NCBI RefSeq assembly: GCF_964355755.1 | Contig: NC_092675.1 | Coordinates: forward strand, 14,480,912-14,544,911 | Direction of reading: 5' to 3' | Source: Antedon mediterranea | Lineage: Eukaryota > Animalia > Echinodermata | DNA length: 64,000 bases | In this document: piece after piece, positions 16,201 through 31,400 of the stretch | Position numbering within the stretch: position 1 is the first letter of the stretch | Layout: the number at the start of each line of letters is the position of its first letter | Made by a program: the position numbers and the translations under genes | Notes under the pieces: model-generated | Databases searched by the model: none | Told to the model about the DNA's origin: nothing | What the model saw: the letters and a program-made list of their open reading frames with translations, nothing else

Positions 16201-19200
16201 GAGAGAGAGAGATAGATAGATCAGCGAGAGAGAGATTGATCAGCGAGAGAAAGACAGGTCAGCGAGAGAGAGATAGATCAGCGAGAGAGAGATAGATAGA
16301 TCAGCGAGAGAGAGTTAAATAGATCAGCGAGAGAAAGATAGATCAGTGAGAAAGAGATAGATCAGCGAGAGAGAGATAGATCAGTGAGAGAGAGATAGAT
16401 AGATCAGCGAGAGAGAGATAGATCAGCGAGAGAGAGAGATAGATCAGCGAGAGAGAGATAGATCAGCGAGAGATAGATCAGCGAGAGAGAGATAGATTAG
16501 CGAGAGAGATATAGATCAGCGAGAGATAGATAGATAGATCAGCGACAGAGAGATAGATCAGCGAGAGAGAGATAGATAGATCAGCGAGAGAGAGATAGAT
16601 AGATCAGCGAGAGAGAAATAGATCAGCGAGAGAGAGAGAGTGAGATAGATCAAAGAGAGAGAGATAGATCAGCAAGAGAGGGATAGATAGATCAGCGAGA
16701 GAGAGATAGATCAGCGAGAGAGAGATAGATAGATCAGCGAGAGAGCGATAGATCAGCGAGAGAGAGATAGATCAACGAGAGAGATAGATCAGCGAGAGAG
16801 AGATAGATCAGGGAGAGAGAGATATATAGATCAGCGAGAGAGAGATAGATCAGCGAGAGAGAGCTAGATAGATCAGCGAGAGAGAGATAGATCAGCGAGA
16901 GAGATAGATAGATCAGCGAGAGAGAGAGAGTGATAGATCGGAGAGAAAGAGATAGATCAGCGAGAGAGAGAGATAGATCAGCGAGAGAGATAGTTCAGCG
17001 AGAAAGAGATAGATAGATCAGCGAGAGAGAGATAGATAGATCAGCGAGAGAGAGATAGATCAGCGAGAGAGAGATAGATAGATCAGCGAGAGAGAGATTG
17101 ATAGATCGGAGAGAGAGAGATAGATAGATCAGCGAGAGAGAGATAGATAGATCAGCGAGAGAGAGATAAATAGATCAGTGAGAGAGATAGATAAGCGAGA
17201 GAGAGATAGATAGATCAGCGAGAGAGAGATAGATAGATCAGCGAGAGAGAGATAGACCAGCGAGAGAGAGATAGATCAGCGAGAGAGAGATAGATCAGCG
17301 AGAGAGAGATAGATCAGCGAGGGAGAGATAGATCAACGAGAGAGAGATAGATCAGCGAGAGAGAGATAGATAGATCATCGAGAGAGAGATATATCAGCGA
17401 GAGAGAGATAGATCAGCAAGAGAGAGATAGATCAGCGAGAGGGAGATAGATCAGCGAGAGAGATAGATCAGCGAGAGAGAGAGAGTGATAGATCGGAGAG
17501 AAAGAGATAGATCAGCGAGAGAGAGAGATAGATCAGCGAGAGAGATAGTTCAGCGAGAAAGAGATAGATAGATCAGCGAGAGAGAGATAGATAGATCAGC
17601 GAGAGAGAGATAGATCAGCGAGAGAGAGATAGATAGATCAGCGAGAGAGAGATTGATAGATCGGAGAGAGAGAGATAGATAGATCAGCGAGAGAGAGATA
17701 GATAGATCAGCGAGAGAGAGATAAATAGATCAGTGAGAGAGATAGATAAGCGAGAGAGAGATAGATAGATCAGCGAGAGAGAGATAGATCAGCGAGAGAG
17801 AGATAGATAGATCAGCGAGAGAGAGATAGATCAGCGAGAGAGAGAGATAGATAGATCAGCGAGAGAGAGATAGATAGATCGGAGAGAGAGAGATAGATAG
17901 ATCAGTGAGAGAGATAGATCAGCGAGAGAGAGATAGATAGATCAGCGAGAGAGAGATAAATAGATCAGCGAGAGAGATAGATAAGCGAGAGAGAGATAGA
18001 TAGATCAGCGAGAGAGAGAGATAGATCAGCGAGAGAGAGATAGATAGATCAGCGAGAGAGAGATAGATAAGCAAGAGAGATAGATAGATAGATCAGAGAA
18101 AGAGAGAGAGAGATCAGCGAGAGAGAGATAGATCAGCGAGAGAGAGATAGATCAGCGAGAGAGAGATAGATAGATCAGCGAGAGAGAGATAGATCAGCGA
18201 GAGAGAGATAGATCAGCGAGAGAGATAGATCAGCGAGAGAGAGATAGATCAGCGAGAGAGAGATATATAGATCAGCAAGAGAGAGATAGATCAGCGAGAG
18301 AGATATAGTTCAGCGAGAGAGAGATAGATCAGCGAGAGAGAGAGATAGATCAGCGAGGGAGAGATAGATCAGCGAGAGAGAGAGATAGATCAGCGAGAGG
18401 GAGATAGATCAGCGAGAGAGAGATAGATCAGCGAGAAAGAGAGTGATAGATCAGCGAGAGAGAGAGATAGATCAGCGAGAGAGAGAGATAGATCAGCGAG
18501 AGAGATAGATCAGAAAGAGAGAGATAGATAGATAACCGAGAGAGAGATAGATCAGCGAGAGAGATTAATAGATCAGCGAGAGAGAGATAGGTCAGTGAGA
18601 GAGAGATAGATAGATCAGCGAGAGAGAGATAGATAGATCGGAGAGAGAGAGAGATAGATAGATCAGCGAGAGAGAGATTGATCAGCGAGAGAAAGACAGG
18701 TCAGCGAGAGAGAGATAGATCAGCGAGAGAGAGATAGATAGATCAGCGAGAGAGAGTTAAATAGATCAGCGAGAGAAAGATAGATCAGTGAGAAAGAGAT
18801 AGATCAGCGAGAGAGAGATAGATCAGTGAGAGAGAGATAGATAGATCAGCGAGAGAGAGATAGATCAGCGAGAGAGAGAGATAGATCAGCGAGAGAGAGA
18901 TAGATCAGCGAGAGATAGATCAGCGAGAGAGAGATAGATTAGCGAGAGAGATATAGATCAGCGAGAGATAGATAGATAGATCAGCGACAGAGAGATAGAT
19001 CAGCGAGAGAGAGATAGATAGATCAGCGAGAGAGAGATAGATAGATCAGCGAGAGAGAAATAGATCAGCGAGAGAGAGAGAGTGAGATAGATCAAAGAGA
19101 GAGAGATAGATCAGCAAGAGAGGGATAGATAGATCAGCGAGAGAGAGATAGATCAGCGAGAGAGAGATAGATAGATCAGCGAGAGAGCGATAGATCAGCG

Positions 19201-19407
19201 AGAGAGAGATAGATCAACGAGAGAGATAGATCAGCGAGAGAGAGATAGATCAGGGAGAGAGAGATATATAGATCAGCGAGAGAGAGATAGATCAGCGAGA
19301 GAGAGCTAGATAGATCAGCGAGAGAGAGATAGATCAGCGAGAGAGATAGATAGATCAGCGAGAGAGAGATAGATAGATCAGCGAGAGAGATAGATAGATC
19401 AGCGAGA
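1..19407. repeat. GA/GATA-rich minisatellite array, consensus GATAGATCAGC(GA)n, unit ~18-24 bp; extends beyond window start
   Basis: Continuous repetition of gatagatcagcgagagaga with variable (GA)n and (GATA)n. Strongly purine-rich + strand. Ends abruptly at ...agcgaga|tggac. Confidence 0.98.
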
Positions 19408-19412
19408 TGGAC

Positions 19413-22400
19413 AAATGCACAAATTGGTCTAAAACGTCTCCAAATGCGATTTGAAGCTATTCTAAGCACTTTGGTGTTTTGTGTGAAAAAGTGTTGTCTA
19501 AATGCTCAAAATGGTCTAAAACGTTTTTAAATACGATATTAAGCTATTTTGTGCTCTTTGATGTTTTTGTGTGAAAAGTGTTATCGAAATGCTCAAAATG
19601 GTCTAAAACGGTTTTATAATGTGATTCTAAGCACTTTGGTGTTTTTATGTTAACAATTTTTTTCGAAAATCACAAAATGGTCTAAAACGTCTCCAAATGC
19701 GATTTGAAGCTATTCTAAGCACTTTGGTGTTTTTATGTTAAACAAGTTTTTTCGAAAATCACAAAATGGTCTAAAACGTCTCCAAATGCGATTTGAAGCT
19801 ATTCTAAGCACTTTGGTGTTTTGTGTGAAAAAGTTTTGTCGAAATGCTCAAAATGGTCTAAAACGATTTATAATGTGATTTTAAGCACTTTGATGTTTTT
19901 GTGTTACCAAGTTTCATCGAAATGCACAAAATGGTCTAAAACGTCTCCAAATGCGATTTGAAGCTATTCTAAGCACTTTGGTGTTTTTATGTTAACAAGT
20001 TTTTTCGAAAATCACAAATTGGTCTAAAATGTCTCCATATGCGATTTGAAGCTGTTCTAAGCACTTTGGTTTTTTTATGTTAACAAGTTTTTTTGAAAAT
20101 CACGAAATGGTCTAAAACGTCTCCAAATGCGATTTGAAGCTATTCTAAGCACTTTTGTGTTTTGTGTGAAAAAGTTTTGTCGAAATGCTCAAAATGGTCT
20201 AAAACATTTTTAAATACGATATTTAGCTATTTTGTGCTCTTTGATGATTTTGTGTGAAAAGTGTTATCGAAATGCTCAAAATGGTCTAAAACGGTTTTAT
20301 AATGTGATTCTAAGCACTTTGGTGTTTTTATGTTAACAATTTTTTTAGAAAATCACAAAATGGTCTAAAACGTCTCCAAATGCGATTTGAAGCTATTCTA
20401 AGCTCTTTGGTGTTTTTATGTTAACAAGTTTTTTCGAAAATCACAAAATGGTCTAAAACGTCTCCAAATGCGATTTGAAGCTATTCTAAACCCTTTGGTG
20501 TTTTTATGTTGATAAGTTTTTGCGAAAATCACAAATTGGTCTAAAACGTCTCCAAATGCGATTTGAAGCTATTCTAAACACTTTGGTGTTTTTATGTTGA
20601 CAAGTTTTTTCGAAAATCACAAATTGGTCTAAAATGTCTCCAAATGCGATTTGAAGCTATTCTAAGCACTTTGGTGTTTTTATGTTAACAAGTTTTTTCG
20701 AAAATCACAAATTGGTCTAAAACGTCTCCACATGCGATTTGAAGCTATTCTAAACACTTTGGTATTTTTAGGTTAACAGGTTTTTTCGAAAATCACAAAT
20801 TGGTCTGAAACGTCTCCAAATGCGATTTGAAGCTATTCTGTACACTTTGATGTTTTTATGTTAACAAGTTTTTTCGAAAATCACAAAATGGTCTAAAACG
20901 TCTCCAAATACGATTTGAAGCTATTCTAAGCACTTTGGTGTTTTTATGTTAACAAGTTTTTTCGAAAATCACAAAATGGTCTAAAACGTCTCCAAATGCG
21001 ATTTGAAGCTATTCTAAGCACTTTGGTGTTTTTATGTTAACAAGTTTTTTCGAAAATCACAAAATGGTCTAAAACGTCTCCAAATGCGATTTGAAGCTAT
21101 TCTAAGCACTTTGGTGTTTTTATGTTAACATGTTTTTTCGAAAATCACAAAATTGTCTAAAACGTCTCCAAATGCGATTTTAAGCTATTCTAAACACTTT
21201 GGTATTTTTAGGTTAACAAGTTTTTTCGAAAATCACAAATTGGTCTAAAACGTCTCCAAATGCGATTTGAAGCTATTCTGTACACTTTGATGTTTTTATG
21301 TTAACAAGTTTTTTTCGAAAATCACAAAATAGTCTAAAACGTCTCCAAATGCGATTTGAAGCTATTCTAAGCACTTTGGTGTTTTGTGTGAAAAAGTTTT
21401 TTCGAAATGCTCAAAATGGTCTAAAACGTTTTTAAATACGATATTAAGCTATTTTGTGCTCTTTGATGTTTTTGTGTGAAAAGTCTTATCGAAATGCTCA
21501 AAATGGTCTAAAATGGTTTATAATGTGATTTTAAGCACTTTGATTTTTTTGTGTAACCAAGTTTCATCGAAATGCACAAAATGGTCTAAAACGTCTCCAA
21601 ATGCGATTTGAAGCTATTCTAAGCACTTTGGTGTTTTTATGTTAACAAGTTTTTTCGAAAATCACAAAATGGTCTAAAACGTCTCCAAATACGATTTGAA
21701 GCTATTCTAAGCACTTTGGTGTTTTTATGTTAACACGTTTTTTCCAAAATCACAAAATGGTCTAAAACGTCTCCAAATGCGATTTGAAGCTATTATAAGC
21801 AGTTTGGTGTTTTTATGTTAACAAGTTTTTTCGAAAATCAGAAAATGGTCTAAAACGTCTCCAAATGCGATTTGTAGCTATTCTAAGCACTTTGGTGTTT
21901 TGTGTGAAAAAGTTTTGTCGAAATGCTCAAAATGGTCTAAAACGATTTATAATGTGATTTTAAGCACTTTGATGTTTTTGTGTAACCAAGTTTCATCGAA
22001 ATGCACAAAATGGTCTAAAACGTCTCCAAATGCTATTTGAAGCTATTCTAAGCACTTTGGTGTTTTTATGTTAACAAGTTTTTTCGGAAATCACAAAATG
22101 GTCTAAAACGTCTCCAAATGCGATTTGAAGCTATTCTAAGCACTTTGGTGTTTTTATGTTAACAAGTTTTTTCGAAAATCCCAAAATGGTCTAAAACGTC
22201 TCCAAATGCGATTTGAAGCTATTCTAAGCACTTTGGTGTTTTTATGTTAACAAGTTTTTTCGAAAATCACAAAATGGTCTAAAACGTCTCCAAATGCGAT
22301 TTGAAGCTATTCTAAGCACTTTGGTGTTTTTATGTTAACAAGTTTTTTCGAAAATCACAAAATGGTCTAAAACGTCTCCAAATGCGATTTGAAGCTATTC

Positions 22401-25400
22401 TAAGCACTTTGGTGTTTTTGTGTGAAAAGTGTTATCGAAATGCTCAAAATGGTCTAAAACGGTTTATAATGTGATTTTAAGCACTTTGATGTTTTTGTGT
22501 AACCAAGTTTCATCGAAATGCACAAATGGTCTAAAACGTCTCCAAATGCGATTTGAAGCTATTCTAAGCACTTTGGTGTTTTTATGTTAACAAGTTTTTT
22601 CGAAAATCACAAAATGGTCTAAAACGTCTCCAAATACGATTTGAAGCTATTCTAAGCACTTTGGTGTTTTTATGTTAACACGTTTTTTCCAAAATCACAA
22701 AATGGTCTAAAACGTCTCCAAATGCGATTTGAAGCTATTATAAGCAGTTTGGTGTTTTTATGTTAACAAGTTTTTTCGAAAATCAGAAAATGGTCTAAAA
22801 CGTCTCCAAATGCGATTTGAAGCTATTCTAAGCACTTTGGTGTTTTGTGTGAAAAAGTTTTGTCGAAATGCTCAAAATGGTCTAAAACGATTTATAATGT
22901 GATTTTAAGCACTTTGATGTTTTTGTGTAACCAAGTTTCATCGAAATGCACAAAATGGTCTAAAACGTCTCCAAATGCTATTTGAAGCTATTCTAAGCAC
23001 TTTGGTGTTTTTATGTTAACAAGTTTTTTCGGAAATCACAAAATGGTCTAAAACGTCTCCAAATGCGATTTGAAGCTATTCTAAGCACTTTGGTGTTTTT
23101 ATGTTAACAAGTTTTTTCGAAAACCATAAAATGGTCTAAAACTTCTCCAAATGCGATTTGAAGCTATTCTAAGCACTTTGGTGTTTTTATGTTAACAAGT
23201 TTTTTCGAAAATCACAAAATGGTCTAAAACGTCTCCAAATACGATTTGACGCTATTCTAAGCTCTTTGGTGTTTTTATGTTAACAAGTTTTTTCGAAAAT
23301 CACAAAATGGTCTAAAACGTCTCCAAATGCGATTTGAAGCTATTCTAAGCACTTTGGTGTTTTGTGTAAAAAAGTTTTGTCTAAATGCTCAAAATGGTCT
23401 AAAACGTTTTTAAATACGATATTAAGCTATTTTGTGCTCTTTGATGTTTTTGTGTGAAAAGTGTTATCGAAATGCTCAAAATGGTCTAAAACGGTTTATA
23501 ATGTGATTTTAAGCACTTTGATGTTTTTGTGTAACCAAGTTTCATCGAAATGCACAAATTGGTCTAAAACGTCTCCAAATGCGATTTGAAGCTATTCTAA
23601 GCACTTTGGTGTTTTGTGTGAAAAAGTTTTGTCGAAATGCTCAAAATGGTCTAAAACTTTTTTAAATACGATATTAAGCTATTTTGTGCTCTTTGATGTT
23701 TTTGTGTGAAAAGTGTTATCGAAATGCTCAAAATGGTCTAAAACGGTTTATAATTTGATTTTAAGCACTTTGATGTTTTTGTGTAACCAAGTTTCATCGA
23801 AATGCACAAAATGGTCTAAAACGTCTCCAAATGCGATTTGAAGCTATTCTAAGCACTTTGGTGTTTTTATGTTAACAAGTTTTTTCGAAAATCACAAAAT
23901 GGTCTAAAACGTCTCCAAATACGATTTGAAGCTATTCTAAGCACTTTGGTGTTTTTATGTTAACACGTTTTTTCCAAAATCACAAAATGGTCTAAAACGT
24001 CTCCAAATGCGATTTGAAGCTATTATAAGCAGTTTGGTGTTTTTATGTTAACAAGTTTTTTCGAAAATCAGAAAATGGTCTAAAACGTCTCCAAATGCGA
24101 TTTGAAGCTATTCTAAGCACTTTGGTGTTTTGTGTGAAAAAGTTTTGTCGAAATGCTCAAAATGGTCTAAAACGTTTTTAAATACGATATTAAGCTATTT
24201 TGTGCTCTTTGATGTTTTTGTGTGAAAAGTGTTATCGAAATGCTCAAAATGGTCTAAAACGGTTTATAATGTGATTTTAAGCATTTTGATGTTTTTGTGT
24301 AACCAAGTTTCATCGAAATGCACAAAATGTTCTAAAACGTCTCCAAATGCGATTTGAAGCTATTCTATGCACTTTGGTGTTTTTATGTTAACAAGTTTTT
24401 TCGAAAATCACAAAATGGTCTAAAACGTCTCCAAATACGATTTGAAGCTATTCAAAGCACTTTGGTGTTTTTATGTTAAAAAGTTTTTTCGAAAATCACA
24501 AAATGGTCTAAAACGTCTCCAAATACGATTTGAAGCTATTCTAAGCACTTTGGTGTTTTTATGTTAACACGTTTTTTCCAAAATCACAAAATGGTCTAAA
24601 ACGTCTCCAAATGCGATTTTAAGCTATTCTAAACACTTTGGTATTTTTATGTTAACAAGTTTTTTCGAAAATCACAAAATGGTCTAAAACGTCTCCAAAT
24701 GCGATTTGAAGCTATTCTAAGCACTTTGGTGTTTTTATGTTAACAGGTTTTTTCGAAAATCACAAAATGGTCTAAAACGTCTCCAAATGCGATTTGAAGC
24801 TATTCTAAGCACTTTGGTGTTTTTATGTTATCAAGTTTTTTCGAAAATCAAAAAATGGTCTAAAACGTCTCCAAATGCGATTTTAAGCTATTCTAAACAC
24901 TTTGGTATTTTTATGTTAACAAGTTTTTTCGAAAATCACAAAATGGTCTAAAACGTCTCCAAATGCGATTTGAAGCTATTCTAAGCACTTTGGTGTTTTG
25001 TGTGAAAAAGTTTTGTCAAAATGCTCAAAATGGTCTAAAACGTTTTTAAATACGATATTAAGCTATTTTGTGCTCTTTGATGTTTTTGTGTGAAAAGTGT
25101 TATAGAAATGCTCAAAATGGTCTAAAACGGTTTATAATGTGATTTTAAGCACTTTGATGTTTTTGTGTAACCAAGTTTTTTCGAAAATCACAAAATGGTC
25201 TAAAACGTCTTCAAATACGATTTGAAGCTATTCTAAGCACTTTTGTGTTTTTATGTTAACAAGTTTTTTCGAAAATCACAAAATGGTCTAAAACGTCTCC
25301 AAATGCGATTTGAAGCTATTCTAAGCACTTTGGTGTTTTGTATGAAAAAGTTTTGTCGAAATGCTCAAAATGGTCTAAAACGATTTATAATGTGATTTTA

Positions 25401-28400
25401 AGCACTTTGATGTTTTTGTGTTACCAAGTTTCATCGAAATGCACAAAATGGTCTAAAACGTCTCCAAATGCGATTTGAAGCTATTCTAAGCACTTTGGTG
25501 TTTTTATGTTAACAAGTTTTTTCGAAAATCACAAAATGGTCTAAAACGTCTCCAAATGCGATTTGAAGCTATTCTAAGCACTTTGGTATTTTTATGTTAA
25601 CAAGTTTTTTCGAAAATCACAAAATGGTCTAAAACGTCTCCAAATGCGATTTTAAGCTATTCTAAACACTTTGGTATTTTTATGTTAATAAGATTTTTCG
25701 AAAATCACAAATTGGTTTAAAACGTCTCCAAATGCGATTTGAAGCTATTCTGTACACTTTGATGTTTTTATGTTAAAAAGTTTTTTCGAAAATCACAAAA
25801 TGGTCTAAAACGTCTCCAAATGCGATTTGAAGCTATTCTAAGCACTTTGGTATTTTGTGTGAAAAAGTTTTGTCGAAATTCTCAAAATGGTCTAAAACGA
25901 TTTATAATGTGATTTTAAGCATTTTGATGTTTTTGTGTAACCAAGTTTCATCGAAATGAACAAAATGGTCTAAAACGTCTCCAAATGCGATTTGAAGCTA
26001 TTCTAAGCACTTTGGTGTTTTTATGTTAACAAGTTTTTTCGAAAATCACAAAATGGTCTAAAACCTCTCCAAATAGGATTTGAAGCTATTCTAAGCACTT
26101 TGGTGTTTTTATGTTAACAAGTTTTTTCGAAAATCACAAAATGGTCTAAAACGTCTCCAAATGCGATTTGAAGCTATTCTAAGCACTTTGGTGTTTTTAT
26201 GTTAACAAGTTTTTTCGAAAATCACAAAATGGTCTAAAACGTCTCCAAATGCGATTTTAAGCTATTCTAAACACTTTGGTATTTTTATGTTAACAAGTTT
26301 TTTCGAAAATCACAAAATGGTCTAAAACGTCTCCAAATGCGATTTGAAGCTATTCTAAGCACTTTGGTGTTTTTATGTTAACAAGTTTTTTCGAAAACCA
26401 TAAAATGGTCTAAAACTTCTCCAAATGCGATTTGAAGCTATTCTAAGCACTTTGGTGTTTTTATGTTAACAAGTTTTTTCGAAAATCACAAAATGGTCTA
26501 AAACGTCTCCAAATACGATTTGACGCTATTCTAAGCTCTTTGGTGTTTTTATGTTAACAAGTTTTTTCGAAAATCACAAAATGGTCTAAAACGTCTCCAA
26601 ATGCGATTTGAAGCTATTCTAAGCACTTTGGTGTTTTGTGTAAAAAAGTTTTGTCTAAATGCTCAAAATGGTCTAAAACGTTTTTAAATACGATATTAAG
26701 CTATTTTGTGCTCTTTGATGTTTTTGTGTGAAAAGTGTTATCGAAATGCTCAAAATGGTCTAAAACGGTTTATAATGTGATTTTAAGCACTTTGATGTTT
26801 TTGTGTAACCAAGTTTCATCGAAATGCACAAATTGGTCTAAAACGTCTCCAAATGCGATTTGAAGCTATTCTAAGCACTTTGGTGTTTTGTGTGAAAAAG
26901 TTTTGTCGAAATGCTCAAAATGGTCTAAAACTTTTTTAAATACGATATTAAGCTATTTTGTGCTCTTTGATGTTTTTGTGTGAAAAGTGTTATCGAAATG
27001 CTCAAAATGGTCTAAAACGGTTTATAATTTGATTTTAAGCACTTTGATGTTTTTGTGTAACCAAGTTTCATCGAAATGCACAAAATGGTCTAAAACGTCT
27101 CCAAATGCGATTTGAAGCTATTCTAAGCACTTTGGTGTTTTTATGTTAACAAGTTTTTTCGAAAATCACAAAATGGTCTAAAACGTCTCCAAATACGATT
27201 TGAAGCTATTCTAAGCACTTTGGTGTTTTTATGTTAACACGTTTTTTCCAAAATCACAAAATGGTCTAAAACGTCTCCAAATGCGATTTGAAGCTATTAT
27301 AAGCAGTTTGGTGTTTTTATGTTAACAAGTTTTTTCGAAAATCACAAAATGGTCTAAAACGTCTCCAAATGCGATTTGAAGCTATTCTAAGCACTTTGGT
27401 GTTTTGTGTGAAAAAGTTTTGTCTAATTGCTCAAAATGGTCTAAAACATTTTTAAATACGATATTAAGCTATTTTGAGCTCTTTGATGTTTTTGTGTGAA
27501 AATTGTTATCGAAATGCTCAAAATGGTCTAAAACGGTTTATAATGTGATTCTAAGCACTTTGGTATTTTTATGTTAACAATTTTTTTCGAAAATCACGAA
27601 ATGGTCTAAAACGTCTCCAAATGCGATTTGAAGCTATTCTAAGCACTTTGGTGTTTTTAGGTTAACAAGTTTTTTGGAAAATCACAAAATGGTCTAAAAC
27701 GTCTCCAAATGCGATTTGAAGCTATTCTAAACCCTTTGGTGTTTTTATGTTGATAAGTTTTTTCGAAAATCACAAAATGGTCTAAAACGTCTCCAAATGC
27801 TATTTGAAGCTATTCTAAGCACTTTGGTGTTTTTATGTTAACAAGTTTTTTCGAAAATCACAAAATGGTCTAAAACGTCTCCAAATGCGATTTGAAGATA
27901 TTCTAAGCACTTTGGTGTATTTATGTTAACAAGTTTTTTCGAAAACCATAAAATGGTCTAAAACGTCTCCAAATGCGATTTGAAGCTATTCTAAGCACTT
28001 TGGTGTATTTATGTTAACAAGTTTTTTCGAAAATCACAAAATGGTCTAAAACGTCTCCAAATACGATTTGACGCTATTCTAAGCACTTTGGTGTTTTTAT
28101 GTTAACAAGTTTTTTTGAAAATCACAAGATGGTCTAAAACGTCTCCAAATGCGAATTGAAGATATTCTAAACCCTTTGGTGTTTTTATGTTGATAAGTTT
28201 TTTCGAAAATCACAAATTGGTCTAAAACGTCTCCAAATGCGATTTGAAGCTATTCTAAACACTTTGGTGTTTTTATGTTGACAAGTTTTTTCGAAAATCA
28301 CAAATTGGTCTAAAATGTCTCCAAATGCGATTTGAAGCTATTATAAGCACATCACAAAATGGTCTAAAACGTCTCCAAATGCGATTTGAAGCTATTCTAA

Positions 28401-31400
28401 GCACTTTGGTGTTTTTATGTTAACAAGTTTTTTCGAAAACCACAAAATGGTCTAAAACGTCTCCAAATGCGATTTGAAGCTATTCTAAGCACTTTGGTGT
28501 TTTTATGTTAACAAGTTTTTTCGAAAATCACTAAATGGTCTAAAACGTCTCCAAATACGATTTGACGCTATTCTAAGCACTTTGGTGTTTTTATGTTAAC
28601 AAGTTTTTTCGAAAATCACAAAATGGTCTAAAACGTCTCCAAATACGATTTGACGCTATTCTAAGCACTTTGGTGTTTTTATGTTAACAAGTTTTTTTCG
28701 AAAATCACAAAATGGTCTAAAACGTCTCCAAATGCGATTTTAAGCTATTCTAAACACTTTGGTATTTTTATGTTAATAAGTTTTTTCGAAAATCACAAAT
28801 TGGTCTAAAACGTCTCCAAATGCGATTTGAAGCTATTCTGTACACTTTGATGTTTTTATGTTAACAAGTTTTTTCGAAAATCACAACATGGTCTAAAACG
28901 TCTCCAAATGCTATTTGAAGCTATTCTAAGCACTTTGGTATTTTGTGTGAAAAAGTTTTGTGGAAATGCTTAAAATGGTCTAAAACGATTTATAATGTGA
29001 TTTTAAGCACTTTGATGTTTTTGTGTAACCAAGTTTCATCGAAATGCACAAAATGGTCTAAAACGTCTCCAAATGCGATTTGTAGCTATTCTAAGCACTT
29101 TGATGTTTTTGTGTAACCAAGTTTCATCGAAATGCACAAAATGGTCTAAAACGTCTCCAAATGCTATTTGAAGCTATTCTAAGCACTTTGGTGTTTTTAT
29201 GTTAACAAGTTTTTTCGAAAATCACAAAATGGTCTAAAACGTTTCCAAATACGATTTGACGCTATTCTAAGCACTTTGATGTTTTTATGTTAACAAGTTT
29301 TTTCGAAAATCACAAAATGGTCTAAAAGGTCTCCAAATGCGAATTGAAGATATTCTAAACCCTTTGGTGTTTTTATGTTGATAAGTTTTTTCGAAAATCA
29401 CAAATAGGTCTAAAACGTCTCCAAATGCGATTTGAAGCTATTCTAAACACTTTGGTGTTTTTATGTTGACAAGTTTTTTCGAAAATCACAAATTGGTCTA
29501 AAATGTCTCCAAATGCGATTTGAAGCTATTATAAGCACATCACAAAATGGTCTAAAACGTCTCCAAATGCGATTTGAAGCTATTCTAAGCACTTTGGTGT
29601 TTTTATGTTAACAAGTTTTTTCGAAAACCACAAAATGGTCTAAAACGTCTCCAAATGCGATTTGAAGCTATTCTAAGCACTTTGGTGTTTTTATGTTAAC
29701 AAGTTTTTTCGAAAATCACAAAATGGTCTAAAACGTCTCCAAATACGATTTGACGCTATTCTAAGCACTTTGGTGTTTTTATGTTAACAAGTTTTTTCGA
29801 AAATCACAAAATGGTCTAAAAGGTCTCCAAATACGATTTGACGCTATTCTAAGCACTTTGGTGTTTTTATGTTAACAAGTTTTTTTCGAAAATCACAAAA
29901 TGGTCTAAAACGTCTCCAAATGCGATTTTAAGCTATTCTAAACACTTTGGTATTTTTATGTTAATAAGTTTTTTCGAAAATCACAAATTGGTCTAAAACG
30001 TCTCCAAATGCGATTTGAAGCTATTCTGTACACTTTGATGTTTTTATGTTAACAAGTTTTTTTCGAAAATCACAAAATGGTCTAAAACGTCTCCAAATGC
30101 GATTTGAAGCTATTCTAAGCACTTTGGTGTATTTATGTTAACAAGTTTTTTCGAAAACCATAAAATGGTCTAAAACGTCTCCAAATGCGATTTGAAGCTA
30201 TTCTAAGCACTTTGGTGTTTTGTGTGAAAAAGTTTTGTCGAAATGCTCAAAATGGTCTAAAACGATTTATAATGTGATTTTAAGCACTTTGATATTTTTG
30301 TGTAACCAAGTTTCATCGAAATGCACAAAATGGTCTAAAACGTCTCCAAATGCGATTTGAAGCTATTCTAAGCACTTTGGTGTTTTAATGTTAACAAGTT
30401 TTTTCGAAAATCACAAAATGGTCTAAAACGTCTCCAAATGCCATTTTAAGCTATTCTAAGCACTTTGGTGTTTTTATGTTAACAAGTTTTTTCGAAAATC
30501 ACAAAATGGTCTAAAACGTCTCCAAATGCGATTTTAAGCTATTCTAAACACTTTGGTATTTTTATGTTAATAAGTTTTTTCGAAAATCAAAAATTGGTCT
30601 AAAACGTCTCCAAATGCGATTTGAAGCTATTCTGTACACTTTGATGTTTTTATGTTAACAAGTTTTTTCGAAAATCACAAAATGGTCTAAAACGTCTCCA
30701 AATGCGATTTGAAGCTATTCTGTACACTTTGATGTTTTTATGTTAACAAGTTTTTTCGAAAATCACAAAATGGTCTAAAACGTCTCCAAATGCGATTTGA
30801 AGCTATTCTAAGCACTTTGGTATTTTGTGTGAAAAAGTTTTGTCGAAATGCTTAAAATGGTCTAAAACGATTTATAATGTGATTTTAAGCACTTTGATGT
30901 TTTTGTGTTACCAAGTTTCATCAAAATGCACAAAATGGTCTAAAACGTCTCCAAATGCCATTTGAAGCTATTCTAAACACTTTGGTGTTTTTATGTTAAC
31001 AAGTTTTTTCGAAAATCACAAAATGGTCTAAAACGTCTCATAATGCGATTTGAAGCTATTCTAAGCACTTTGGTGTATTTATGTTAACAAGTTTTTTCGA
31101 AAACCATAAAATGGTCTAAAACGTCTCTAAATGCGATTTGAAGCTATTCTAAGCACTTTGGTGTTTTTATGTTAACAAGTTTTTTCGAAAATCACAAAAT
31201 GGTCCAAAACGTTTCCAAATACGATTTGACGCTATTCTAAGCACTTTGGTGTTTTTATGTTAACAAGTTTTTTCGAAAATCACAAAATGGTCTAAAACGT
31301 CTCCAAATGCGAATTGAAGATATTATAAACCCTTTGGTGTTTTTATGTTGATAAGTTTTTTCGAAAATCACAAATAGGTCTAAAACGTCTCCAAATGCGA

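Noticed and set aside
4167-19469. Leu/Ser-rich minus-strand ORFs (4167-4355, 19176-19469)
   Set aside because: Translations of the (TC)n/(TATC)n minisatellite; no evidence of coding.
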